A stretch of DNA of 63,190 bases, from the IMG/VR virus record IMGVR_UViG_3300035659_000010, positions 1-63,190 of that record. One strand, given 5' to 3'. The stretch comes from a virus (lineage: Duplodnaviria; Caudoviricetes). The position numbers and the translations under genes are program-made. Positions 39,319 through 48,133 of this stretch are shown in pieces (position 1 is the stretch's first letter; the number at the start of each line of letters is the position of its first letter). The notes beneath the pieces are model-generated. The model was not told where the DNA came from and did not search any database. It saw only the letters and a program-made list of their open reading frames with translations.

Positions 39319-40059
39319 CGATGGCAGGCGAAGCCTAAGCCAGCCCAAGGTGGAGCCTGGATCTTCGCTCCGATAGGTTGGGATCAGTCTTCCGGCATGA
39401 GTCTCGTACATACGGAGTGGGTCTGGATGCTCCGCGACGCTGGCCGCAGCGAACACACGCCCGATGTCCAGGTGTCGATGGTCGTGCCCACAGCACAGCC
39501 AGACATGTTGGTGAGACTTCAGTAGGTCTGTCATGTCGTGGCGGTTGACGAGCCCATCGAGCGGCTGAAGCAGGCTCAGTTGCGGCCCATGATGCATGGC
39601 TACGACCATGACTTTTCCTAATACCATCGAGGCTCCAGCGATCTCGTGGAGCATCCGTAGCGATGCGCGGTCGACGTATCCGATGGCCCAAAAAGCAGGA
39701 GCCCTTCCTCCCACATGGGTAGAGATCGGCACGATAACAGCGTCGCCAATGTCCGTGAACATCCCTGGAGTGCTGGTATTCGCGAACGCGCGAAGCGGCC
39801 CGTCGATAGCTGTCTGCCATGTCCGAGAGTGGCCATCGTGGTTCCCCGGGACCATGGTTACGGCGTGAGCGGGCCATCCGCGTAGCGCGTTCGCGAGTTC
39901 TTGGAACTCGTTAGGTCGACCATGCCCGGTCAAGTCTCCGGTGAGGAGCAAGTGCTGCGCCCCCAGCCCCCACGCCTTTTCAAGCACTGCGTCGAAGCGC
40001 TGCCTGTGCGCCGCAGATCCATCCAGATGAGTGTCAGTCAGGTGCGCGATGCGCGTCAT
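39307..40059 (-). CDS. calcineurin-like metallophosphoesterase
   Basis: HLTDTH, TGDLT, PGNHD, MHH, GHDH. Confidence 0.92.
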   Translation of the reverse strand: MTRIAHLTDTHLDGSAAHRQRFDAVLEKAWGLGAQHLLLTGDLTGHGRPNEFQELANALRGWPAHAVTMVPGNHDGHSRTWQTAIDGPLRAFANTSTPGMFTDIGDAVIVPISTHVGGRAPAFWAIGYVDRASLRMLHEIAGASMVLGKVMVVAMHHGPQLSLLQPLDGLVNRHDMTDLLKSHQHVWLCCGHDHRHLDIGRVFAAASVAEHPDPLRMYETHAGRLIPTYRSEDPGSTLGWLRLRLPSSRT

Positions 40060-41129
40060 GCTACCTCTCGCAGAGCACGGTCCACAGAATCGAATAGGTC
40101 ATGGTTTCCGTCGTGACGAAACTCACGGAGCTTGTCCGCGTATCTGGGGACGTTCTTCATAAAGGATTGCAGCGCCAGCAACGTAAGCCTGTCGCAGCGC
40201 TCTCCGTAGCCGAGAGCCGAGAGATAGTTTGCGTTCAAGATTTGCTCGAACTGCATCCCGTACGGGACGGCCAACATGGGCTTCCCAAGAAAGATCGCCT
40301 CGGTCATAAATGTGAATCCGGAGCCACCAATAACGCCACGCGCGGCAGCTACATCTCTGATGAAGTCTGCGTCGGAAAAAGGACAGAAGGTGATGTTCCC
40401 GTCGGTCTGCCGTTTTTTCTGCGTGGACTTACCGTAGAGAAGTACCGGCACGTTGACGGTCTGGAGCATTGACGCGAGGCTGGCGTGGTCGGCCTTGTCG
40501 TTGAAGTAAGCAACGATGTGTTCGCCCGTCGCAGCAGTCTCCTTGGCAGCCAGAATTTCGGCGCGCAGGATAGGTAGATGCAACGAGGTCGTGCTGCGCA
40601 GCAGTGGAGCCGCCGCGAAAGTCGTGATCAGGTACCGATGCGCAAACGGGATCAGGTTCTCGCAGATGGTGTACATGAACGACGCGGCTGAGTAATCCCG
40701 GCTCTGGATCATCTCCGGGCGGTGCTGGCAGTGGTTCAAGAAATGGATGTTGTCGACCGCGATGAGCGGCTTCCCCATGAACATGGCGTAGCGCGCAGTG
40801 GCCGGCTCAAAATCCGTAATCACGACATCAGGGAACTGAGTGACGAACGACATGTTCGCTAACATGTTGTGCTGCGCGCCAGCGGCTAGCTTGCATGCGT
40901 TGGAAATAAATGTCCCGAGCGGGGAGACGACGTTGTTCGTGATCTTTGAACCCATGCCGACGATGCCGATCGTCGGCCACCTCCGAGCATGTTTCTGAAG
41001 GTATCGCAGCCCTCCGTCGTGCGACACGAACGTGACTTGATGACCTTGATCTTGTAGATGAGCAGCGAGTACGGCGGAGCGCATGACGTGCCCCATGCCG
41101 TCTCCGCACGCCCCGTACAGAATGTTCAC
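40056..41129 (-). CDS. GT-B glycosyltransferase (MJ1255/VC2487-like)
   Basis: ILYGACGDGMGHVMRS, VITDFEP, GFTFMTEAIFLGKP, QFEQILNA. Confidence 0.88.
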   Translation of the reverse strand: MNILYGACGDGMGHVMRSAVLAAHLQDQGHQVTFVSHDGGLRYLQKHARRWPTIGIVGMGSKITNNVVSPLGTFISNACKLAAGAQHNMLANMSFVTQFPDVVITDFEPATARYAMFMGKPLIAVDNIHFLNHCQHRPEMIQSRDYSAASFMYTICENLIPFAHRYLITTFAAAPLLRSTTSLHLPILRAEILAAKETAATGEHIVAYFNDKADHASLASMLQTVNVPVLLYGKSTQKKRQTDGNITFCPFSDADFIRDVAAARGVIGGSGFTFMTEAIFLGKPMLAVPYGMQFEQILNANYLSALGYGERCDRLTLLALQSFMKNVPRYADKLREFRHDGNHDLFDSVDRALREVA

Positions 41130-41419
41130 GGACGCTCCGGAGAGCGTCCGACGTAGCTAGCTACGCAGGTAGCGAACAGCCCGCAGACGCCGGCCGCGCC
41201 AGTTGCAACCCCCCCCCCGGCGGCCCAGTAGAGCCTGTTTGATCGCGACGGCGCGAGAATGTACCCGGCGACTCCGCCTATGACAGCATCGACCAAAATC
41301 GAGCCGCTGGACCAGGACAGGGTGTGCATCACGGTTCGTGCCGGATCGTCCTCGGTTAGCCCGTGCAAAACGGCCGGGTAGGCCAGGTGCAACGGTCTGT
41401 CTGGCGTCGGTGCCTCCAT
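41126..41419 (-). CDS. small membrane protein
   Basis: two hydrophobic segments; TAGCCT 7 nt upstream; contains a G10 tract. Confidence 0.6.
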   Translation of the reverse strand: MEAPTPDRPLHLAYPAVLHGLTEDDPARTVMHTLSWSSGSILVDAVIGGVAGYILAPSRSNRLYWAAGGGVATGAAGVCGLFATCVASYVGRSPERP

Positions 41420-41467
41420 CGAATGCAGGCTATATTGCCTTAGTTAAGGCAGCAACATCACTTTTCC

Positions 41468-41496
41468 TTGACCGGCGCATGTGCGCTCGGTAGGCT
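41468..41496 (+). promoter_or_regulatory. sigma70-like promoter for core/capsid operon
   Basis: TTGACC-N17-TAGGCT. Confidence 0.65.
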
Positions 41497-41570
41497 CCGA
41501 ATCGTTAGCCAGGCGCTCCCGACGCCTTGCCAGGGCCCCGCTGCGGGGTCGGCAAGAAGAGTCGGAAGAA

Positions 41571-44198
41571 GTGGCAAGTCACAAGGCATACGGTCGCGCA
41601 TTCCCGATCCGCAAGGCGGACGTCGGGGCGTACCGGATGGCGCCGCGCCCGAAGGGCTACCGCCCGAATCCGATGGGCGTCACGACGCTCTCAGCGGTCA
41701 ACGGTCCCGGAGCGTACGCACGGGCCCATGGCTCTGCTCGCGCCGCAACTCACGGCCTTTCACGAGCCGAGCGTGTCGCCCGTGCTCGGCGGCTCATGGA
41801 AAACAGGAGCGGAAGCATGCAATCGAACAGCGTCCACCGAGCCGCCTTCGTGCGGAAGATGAACGAGAACACGGCGCGCAAGCGCAGCCACCGGCACGCT
41901 GGTCTTGGTTCAGCGCCCACCCACTCGAAGAAAGCTCGCGCCAAACACTTCGCGGAGGTTCGCCGGAGGGGCAAGCAAGCCAGGGCTGTCGGTACTGGGA
42001 TGCGGGCACTGAGCAAGAACCGCCGTGCCGCGTCGATGCGCCGGAACAAGCGTCCGCCGACCGGCGCCGAGGCTCGCGCGTATGCGGCTGCGCACGAGAC
42101 GATCTACGGCCCGGCGAAGAAGGCTCGGAAGTCCCGGAAGGCTGCTGCTTCTGCCCCCGCCGCCGCCGCCGCGCCTGCTTCCACTCCTGCTCGCCGCGCT
42201 CGCATCTCGAAGACCGTGAAGGCGGCGCAGAAGCGGATCAAGGCCGCCGAGAAGCGGTACGCGGCTGCTCAGAAGGGCGTCGAGCGCGCGAAGACGCAGG
42301 CCGAGGCGGCTGCTCAACGCGAAAAGAAGGCCATCGAGAAGGCGAAGATCCGCATCGACAAGATGAAGATCGCGGAGGCGGCGCGCAACACGCCTGAGAA
42401 GGTGGCAAGGCGCAAGCGTGCCGCCGTGAAGCGAAAGTGGCCGAAGCAGAGCCGGACACAGGGTCGCGGCAAGACGAAGCGGCGCGTGCGCGTCGCCTAC
42501 GGTCCGTATCGTCGCGCGAGCCTGTCCCACCCGCGTCGCGGCGGTCGGGTGCTCAGCTACATGACGCGCAGCAAGGGCAAGGCCCTTCGCAAGATTCCGG
42601 CGTGGGCCATCGCCGGAGCGATCAGCGCCAAGGACTACAAGACCGAAGGCGCCTACCAGAAGGCCAAGACGCGAATCGCGGCTCGGCGCAAGGCAGCTGC
42701 CAAGCGCGCAGAAGCAGGCTGGGACGCATTTACCCCCAACTCGGGAGCAGGCCACATGTACGAGAACAAGAGCAAGAAGAAGAAGAAGAAGAAGAAGAAG
42801 GCCGCCTCCCGCAAGGGCAAGAAGCGGAGCAAGGCTTCCCGGAGCAAGGCTGCCCGTAAGGCAGCGGCTACCCGCAAGCGGAACAAGGCAGCGCGAGCCG
42901 CTGGCCGCAAGAAGTCTCCCAAGAAGAAAGCCCGCAAGTCCTCGAAGCGGAGCAAGGCTGCCCGTAAGGCAGCGGCTACCCGCAAGCGGAACAAGGCAGC
43001 GCGAGCCGCTGGCCGCGCGAAGCCTAGTCGCAAGGGCAAGCGCAAGTCCAAGGCGGGCAAGAAGTCCCGTCGATCAAAGTCGCGCAGGGTTCGCATGCCG
43101 CGCAGGATCGGTCGCCGCAAGGTCCGTCGTCTGCGCAAAGGACTGTACTTCATCGCCAACCGTCGTCGCGGCGGTCGGTACACGATGAACGGCTTCGCCA
43201 GCGACCTCAAGACGCTGCTGAAGACGGGCGCGCTCGTCCTGACCGGCTTCTTCATCCACAAGGCCCTGACGGGCGTAGTGGCGAAGGCACTGGTCTCGGC
43301 GGACGGCACCAAGTTCGCGGGCATGGCGCTGATGACTGCCGACGGCAAGATTTCCGTCATCGGACAGTGGGCGAAGCCCCTGACCGGTGCGGTGGTCGGC
43401 GCTGCCGGTATCGCGGCCGTCTCCATGGTGCCCGGAAAGGCCGAGACACGGATGGCGGTCGGTGCCGGTATGATGGTCTCCTGGCTGGAGTCTGTCGTCC
43501 GGACAGCGCTCCTCGCCTCGGATCAGACGAAGGCGCTCTCGTACCTCGAAGGCTACTCGAACAGTGCAGCGTACGCGCTGCGCGGTAGCGGACGGTACGT
43601 TCCTCGTCACCTGCGTCGAAGTGGTGCGGCCGGACTCGGCGTCGCTCGGAACGCGACCTCGATCATGCCGCAGTTCGCGCCCATCGGAGCTTTCCAGCAG
43701 GCCGCTGCTGGGATGGGCGAGTTCTTCACCCCGCAGTCTGGGATGGGCGAGTACTTCGCCGGCCCCGGCACGCAGGGTGTGGGCTTCTACGAGAAGGCGG
43801 GTCCGCTCGCTCTTCAGCCGGGTCGTTCGCACATGGGCCAGCTGCCTGTGGACGACGGCATCCGGCCGGACGCCAACCTGGACCACGTCCTCGACCTCGC
43901 GGAGTCTGCCGCTGGTCTGGGTCAGGGCTTCCAGCAGGCGGCGGCGGGCACCGGGGCCTTCCAGCAGGCGGCGGCCGGCCTCGGCCGGCGCGGAGTCCGC
44001 GGCATGGGCGAGTTCTTCACGGCCTCGCCGAGTGGCGACGGTTTCGCGGAGAACTCGGTACCGACCCAGTCGCAGTGGATCCCGAACGGTCCGCTTTGGG
44101 CGGGGTCTACCCCGGCCGAGGCGCACTACACGGAGTCCGAGCTTCCCGCAGGGATCCTCCAGGGTTCCGGTGGGAACGGAGTGCTCAGCGGCGGCTGA
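41571..44198 (+). CDS. very basic core/DNA-condensing protein with hydrophobic domain and Gly-rich repeats
   Basis: about 550 aa K/R/A-rich region, K9 run, then hydrophobic helices, then FQQAAAG and GMGE[FY]F repeats; GTG 41571 lies downstream of the promoter. Confidence 0.75.
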   Translation: MASHKAYGRAFPIRKADVGAYRMAPRPKGYRPNPMGVTTLSAVNGPGAYARAHGSARAATHGLSRAERVARARRLMENRSGSMQSNSVHRAAFVRKMNENTARKRSHRHAGLGSAPTHSKKARAKHFAEVRRRGKQARAVGTGMRALSKNRRAASMRRNKRPPTGAEARAYAAAHETIYGPAKKARKSRKAAASAPAAAAAPASTPARRARISKTVKAAQKRIKAAEKRYAAAQKGVERAKTQAEAAAQREKKAIEKAKIRIDKMKIAEAARNTPEKVARRKRAAVKRKWPKQSRTQGRGKTKRRVRVAYGPYRRASLSHPRRGGRVLSYMTRSKGKALRKIPAWAIAGAISAKDYKTEGAYQKAKTRIAARRKAAAKRAEAGWDAFTPNSGAGHMYENKSKKKKKKKKKAASRKGKKRSKASRSKAARKAAATRKRNKAARAAGRKKSPKKKARKSSKRSKAARKAAATRKRNKAARAAGRAKPSRKGKRKSKAGKKSRRSKSRRVRMPRRIGRRKVRRLRKGLYFIANRRRGGRYTMNGFASDLKTLLKTGALVLTGFFIHKALTGVVAKALVSADGTKFAGMALMTADGKISVIGQWAKPLTGAVVGAAGIAAVSMVPGKAETRMAVGAGMMVSWLESVVRTALLASDQTKALSYLEGYSNSAAYALRGSGRYVPRHLRRSGAAGLGVARNATSIMPQFAPIGAFQQAAAGMGEFFTPQSGMGEYFAGPGTQGVGFYEKAGPLALQPGRSHMGQLPVDDGIRPDANLDHVLDLAESAAGLGQGFQQAAAGTGAFQQAAAGLGRRGVRGMGEFFTASPSGDGFAENSVPTQSQWIPNGPLWAGSTPAEAHYTESELPAGILQGSGGNGVLSGG
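42840..43016. repeat. 69-bp direct repeat in core gene (RSKAARKAAATRKRNKAARAAGR x2)
   Basis: copies at 42840-42908 and 42948-43016. Confidence 0.9.
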
Positions 44199-44213
44199 TC
44201 ACTTCCTCTCGCT

Positions 44214-44323
44214 CCCAGGTCCGGTAGGCGTCGCGCAAGCGACAGACCCCGGACCTCGGGGCGTTGAACCGGCTGCGGGATACAGGGACGACACCCTGAC
44301 AAAACGGGCCCGCGGTCATCAAC
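44214..44323 (+). other. structured RNA leader upstream of putative major capsid gene
   Basis: AGGTCCGG/CCGGACCT stem enclosing GTCGC-GCAA-GCGAC; second nested stem set. Confidence 0.55.
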
Positions 44324-44345
44324 CCGTCTCCAAAGGAGAACTACC

Positions 44346-45161
44346 ATGGCAAAGCTGACGAACGTCCGCGAACGTGTGCATCAACCCTTCTATGACACCC
44401 TCGTCCGGACCTCCGGACTCGGTGGCAACATCCAGTCCGTGAACCAGAGGCAGTCCCTCTTCACGAACGCGGCTCGGCAGGACGACATCAACGCCCTGAC
44501 GAACCTCCAGAACGGTTCGACGCTGCCGTCCGACCAGTCGCACGTGACGCTCGCCCTGCGCGTGTTCACGTGGTTCCGCAACCCGATGATTCGCGGAGAA
44601 GGCTTCGCGAACGGCAGCATCAAGAAAAACGGCGACTTCTCCCAGGCTGGAGCAGCGGCGTTCTTCTCGACGGGCATCACGGCCCCCATCCCCGACCCGA
44701 ACGGCGCTCTCAAGGGTCCGGGCGCGGGCAACTACCTCGGTTCGACCGAGGACGTGTACCGTCTGTACTGGCAGGCGGAGGAGCAGCTTCACTGGAGCTA
44801 CGGCACCGGCGAGAAGTTCTCCATCACGAACATGCCGACGAAGTACTTCCCGGACGGCGGCGGCCTCTGGGGCGACCTCGGCGGTTCCTCGGACCTCATC
44901 CACTTCAACAACGGGACCCCGGATCACACTGCAATTTTGCGGCTGGCCCGAGCCATCCTTTTGCCGCCACGGCAGAACGTGAAGTGCGTCGCCGAGATCA
45001 CGCCCCTTCCCGATGGCGGGAATGCGTCGACCTACGGCCTGGTGAACCCGTCCAACGGCCGGAACATGCTCTCGCTGCAGAGCAACCTGAACGCCACGGA
45101 CGGCATCAACAAGGTGATCCAGTTCACCTTCGATGGCTTGTTCGCTCGCGACGTCCAGTGA
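44346..45161 (+). CDS. putative major capsid protein (jelly-roll type)
   Basis: AAGGAG RBS, strong codon bias, alternating beta patterns (QPFYDTL, TNLQNGSTLP, ILLPPRQNVKC, IQFTFDGLFARDVQ); position after core gene; fold is inferred. Confidence 0.6.
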   Translation: MAKLTNVRERVHQPFYDTLVRTSGLGGNIQSVNQRQSLFTNAARQDDINALTNLQNGSTLPSDQSHVTLALRVFTWFRNPMIRGEGFANGSIKKNGDFSQAGAAAFFSTGITAPIPDPNGALKGPGAGNYLGSTEDVYRLYWQAEEQLHWSYGTGEKFSITNMPTKYFPDGGGLWGDLGGSSDLIHFNNGTPDHTAILRLARAILLPPRQNVKCVAEITPLPDGGNASTYGLVNPSNGRNMLSLQSNLNATDGINKVIQFTFDGLFARDVQ

Positions 45162-45169
45162 TCTCGCGC

Positions 45170-45302
45170 GGTTACGTGTAATCCTTCACGTAACCAGTGA
45201 CTCCCGGCCGGCTCCGCAATGGGCCGCCGGGAGGCACAGACCTGACTGATGGTACGGACGGGACGGTCGGGAGCATGTACTCTCGGCCCCGCCGTCCGGT
45301 AC
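45170..45302 (+). other. three consecutive RNA hairpins downstream of putative capsid gene
   Basis: GGTTACGTG/CACGTAACC; CTCCCGGC/GCCGGGAG; GTACGGACGG...CCGTCCGGTAC. Confidence 0.6.
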
Positions 45303-45323
45303 TCCCAACCGGAGGCACATATC

Positions 45324-46295
45324 GTGGCGACATTCGAGCAGATCGTTCAGAATCTCCAGCAGCAGGCTGGGTACGCGGCATCGCAGGCCAAGCAGGCCAA
45401 CGAGGCCGTGCGCGGGATGCAAGGCGACAGCGCGCTGATTCGTCAGGCGTTGGAGCGCAACACCCGCGACCTGCAGAACCTCGCGAATGCCCTGCAGGGC
45501 GTCGAGGGCAAGTCCATCGGTGGGGGGAACACCAACGACCACGTCCGGTACATCGAGTCGATTCCGGGCCGTCGCATTCCCTTCGACCTCATCGTGTCGA
45601 TCCCGATCGGCACGAATAGCATCGCTGAAGCGCAGGGCACGAAGATCATCTCTCAAGACGGTCCGTTCGTGGCCGTCGCGCGCTTCGCTACCTTCCAGTC
45701 GGCCTTCCAGTTCGCGAAGCTCGACCCGACCACGCAGCAGGGCGCAACCTTCCAGGGGCGCTCCTTCGGTCGCTTCCGCCCGGTCCACTCGGCCTGGGAT
45801 CTCAACGACGGGCAGATGGGCTACCAGCCGATCGTCGGCATCGCGGCTCCCGGCACAGGCGCTCCGATCTACGCGAGCCCCTCGAACCACTCGTCCTTCC
45901 GGTCGATGGAGTTCGACGGCACCATCGAGATGCTGAACCAGGGCGCGGCGTTCCCGCGCTCGAACGACCCGCTCCCCTCCTCGTTCTACTCGGAGAGCAT
46001 CAACAGCCCGTTCCAGCTGGGCGCGCTCGACTTCTTCGAGCGTGGCGAGACAATCCAGTGGAAGGTGCGCCCGACGCACGTGAACAACCCGCCCGCCGGC
46101 AACGCCTCTGGGTACGGCGCTGGCGGTCTGTTTCCGTTCCTTGGGAGCCAGTACGACGTCCACGAGGGCGTCGTCGATCAGCAGAACCCGGACGCGGCGA
46201 CCGATCCGGTCACGCGGCTTCCCGACGGGATCCTCGTCGTGGGGCTCCACGGCTTCCGAATCATCCAGCCGCCGGGCCCGGTGCGTCTGACGTAA
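45324..46295 (+). CDS. putative second capsid protein (N-terminal coiled coil + beta sandwich)
   Basis: GGAGG RBS, GTG start; ISQDGPFVAV, FFERGETIQWKV, ILVVGLHGFRI. Confidence 0.55.
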   Translation: MATFEQIVQNLQQQAGYAASQAKQANEAVRGMQGDSALIRQALERNTRDLQNLANALQGVEGKSIGGGNTNDHVRYIESIPGRRIPFDLIVSIPIGTNSIAEAQGTKIISQDGPFVAVARFATFQSAFQFAKLDPTTQQGATFQGRSFGRFRPVHSAWDLNDGQMGYQPIVGIAAPGTGAPIYASPSNHSSFRSMEFDGTIEMLNQGAAFPRSNDPLPSSFYSESINSPFQLGALDFFERGETIQWKVRPTHVNNPPAGNASGYGAGGLFPFLGSQYDVHEGVVDQQNPDAATDPVTRLPDGILVVGLHGFRIIQPPGPVRLT

Positions 46296-46305
46296 GGAAG
46301 GCGAC

Positions 46306-47208
46306 ATGAACCAGCCCCAGCATCTCTCACACAGGCAGATCGCGGGGCTGGGCCTTCCGCCGGTCCAGCCGCCCGCCCGCCCGGCACCGTACCTGTATCC
46401 GGGGCTCGGCGATGCTCCGCCTCCCGCGCCCTATCCCGGCGAGGGATCCACCTGCGGTGCGGCGCGCGTGCAACTCGCGGGCGGCGCTCTGAACACGCTC
46501 CTCGTGAACCCGGAGGTCGTGCCCTTCGAGCAGCTGTACCGTCGGCTGCCCGAGGAGGGCATGTTCCTCGACTCGGTGAACCCGGAGGAGCCGTTCGCGT
46601 TCGAGCTTGGGGCGTTCCGGGTGCCGAGCACCTTCACACTCCTCCTGTTCGATCTCCGTCCGGACATCTACCGGTTCAGCGGCGTGGACGCGGGCGACAC
46701 GGTACCGGTCGAGGCGCGGCGGTTCTCGTCGATCATGGGCTTCCAGATCAGCGTCGACCAGCGGCAGCCGGGCAACCTGCTGTACCAGCTGGACCCGGTG
46801 CCGATTCAGACGTTCCAGCAGGCGTTCACGCAGCCGCTGGCTCCCGGCAACCCGGAGATCCCTCCAGCGCTCTTGGCCGCGCTCGGGGCGGCGAACGGGT
46901 CTCGGTTCAACATCGCGGCGGCGTCGAACTTCGCGAGCGCGGCGGGCGCAGGCACGTCGCTTCTTCCGCAGCGGCCGACGCGGCCCGGCGCGCTCTCGAT
47001 CCCGTACACGCTCTACGCGCGCAGCGGCTCCACGGTGCAGATCCGTTGCGTGATCTTCAACCCGATCCCGTCTCCGATCGCGTTCATTGAGTACGACATC
47101 GCCGGCCTGCTCGTGCCGGATGCGTACCTGAACTCGCTGACCGAGTGCATGAAGCCGTTGACGAACGCGAGCCTCGGGCCGGGGTCGCTAGGTGGCGGTC
47201 CGCGATGA
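46306..47208 (+). CDS. putative third capsid/vertex protein
   Basis: IAGLG and YPGLG in N-terminus; ELGAFRVP, YARSGSTVQI, IEYDIAGLL beta patterns. Confidence 0.5.
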   Translation: MNQPQHLSHRQIAGLGLPPVQPPARPAPYLYPGLGDAPPPAPYPGEGSTCGAARVQLAGGALNTLLVNPEVVPFEQLYRRLPEEGMFLDSVNPEEPFAFELGAFRVPSTFTLLLFDLRPDIYRFSGVDAGDTVPVEARRFSSIMGFQISVDQRQPGNLLYQLDPVPIQTFQQAFTQPLAPGNPEIPPALLAALGAANGSRFNIAAASNFASAAGAGTSLLPQRPTRPGALSIPYTLYARSGSTVQIRCVIFNPIPSPIAFIEYDIAGLLVPDAYLNSLTECMKPLTNASLGPGSLGGGPR

Positions 47209-47353
47209 AGTTCTCCCCCTCAGAAGCCAGTCGGCCGACGTCGCTCTTTCGGCGGGCATCGACAACCGCTCCCGCGTCGGACATGTGGGTAGCCGAGTCG
47301 TGCTCGGGAAACGGCGGCCGGCTGGCTTCTGAGGGCGAGCGAGTGAGGTCCCC

Positions 47354-48133
47354 GTGGTGATGAAGACCAACTACATGGAGCACGGAGGCGCAGGCGCTGC
47401 CTGGGACTCGCTGCCCATGATAGTGGCTCCCCCCGGCACATCCCTGGGCGCGATGGACGCGCAGGGCATGCTCGCGGAGGTCGCTGCGACGCTGCAGCTG
47501 CAGCCGCTCGGCATCTACACGCCCTGGGCGACGCGCTCCGGGGACATCTCCTGGGAGGAGATCAAGAACCCCGACACGAACATCGTCGTCTGGGGCATCA
47601 CAGACGCGCAGGTGAACGCGGTCTCTGAGATCACGCACGGCAGCCCGCTTCCGTTCGTGGCGATCATCACGAAGGGGCCCATGACGCAGGCGTCGGTCGC
47701 CGCCATGTGGGACGGCACGGCGTACCAGTCGTACGAGACGCAAGCGGTCTACCGGCAGGACGACGCGAAGGATGTTCCGACGGTCGCGTTCCTCCACTGG
47801 GGTGAGCGCATCGACATGGAGAAGCTGCCGAAGCAGACGCTCGCGCTCGTGCCGAGAGCGACTGCTGTCGGCGGCGCGCTCCTCTTCGCGGCGCAGGTGG
47901 CTGTGCCGGGCACGACGACGCGCGCCGTCCCGCCGGTGACCTTCCAGAGCGCGCTGGAGTCGCAGATGCTGGCGCAGAGCGCGCCGCCTGCGCCGCCTGC
48001 TCTGACCATGGATGTGCCCCCGCCGGCACATGTTCGGCCCGTGGCGGCGCAAGCGAAGATGAACCTCGGCCTGCCCATCGCTGTCGGGCTCGGCGCCGCC
48101 GCTCTCAGTTACATGCTCTGGAGAAAACGATGA
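47354..48133 (+). CDS. tail-anchored protein
   Basis: C-terminal TM + RKR. Confidence 0.7.
   Translation: MVMKTNYMEHGGAGAAWDSLPMIVAPPGTSLGAMDAQGMLAEVAATLQLQPLGIYTPWATRSGDISWEEIKNPDTNIVVWGITDAQVNAVSEITHGSPLPFVAIITKGPMTQASVAAMWDGTAYQSYETQAVYRQDDAKDVPTVAFLHWGERIDMEKLPKQTLALVPRATAVGGALLFAAQVAVPGTTTRAVPPVTFQSALESQMLAQSAPPAPPALTMDVPPPAHVRPVAAQAKMNLGLPIAVGLGAAALSYMLWRKR

Noticed and set aside
41481-41570. Longer N-terminus of the core protein
   Set aside because: The upstream GTG lies inside the predicted promoter; 41571 fits better.
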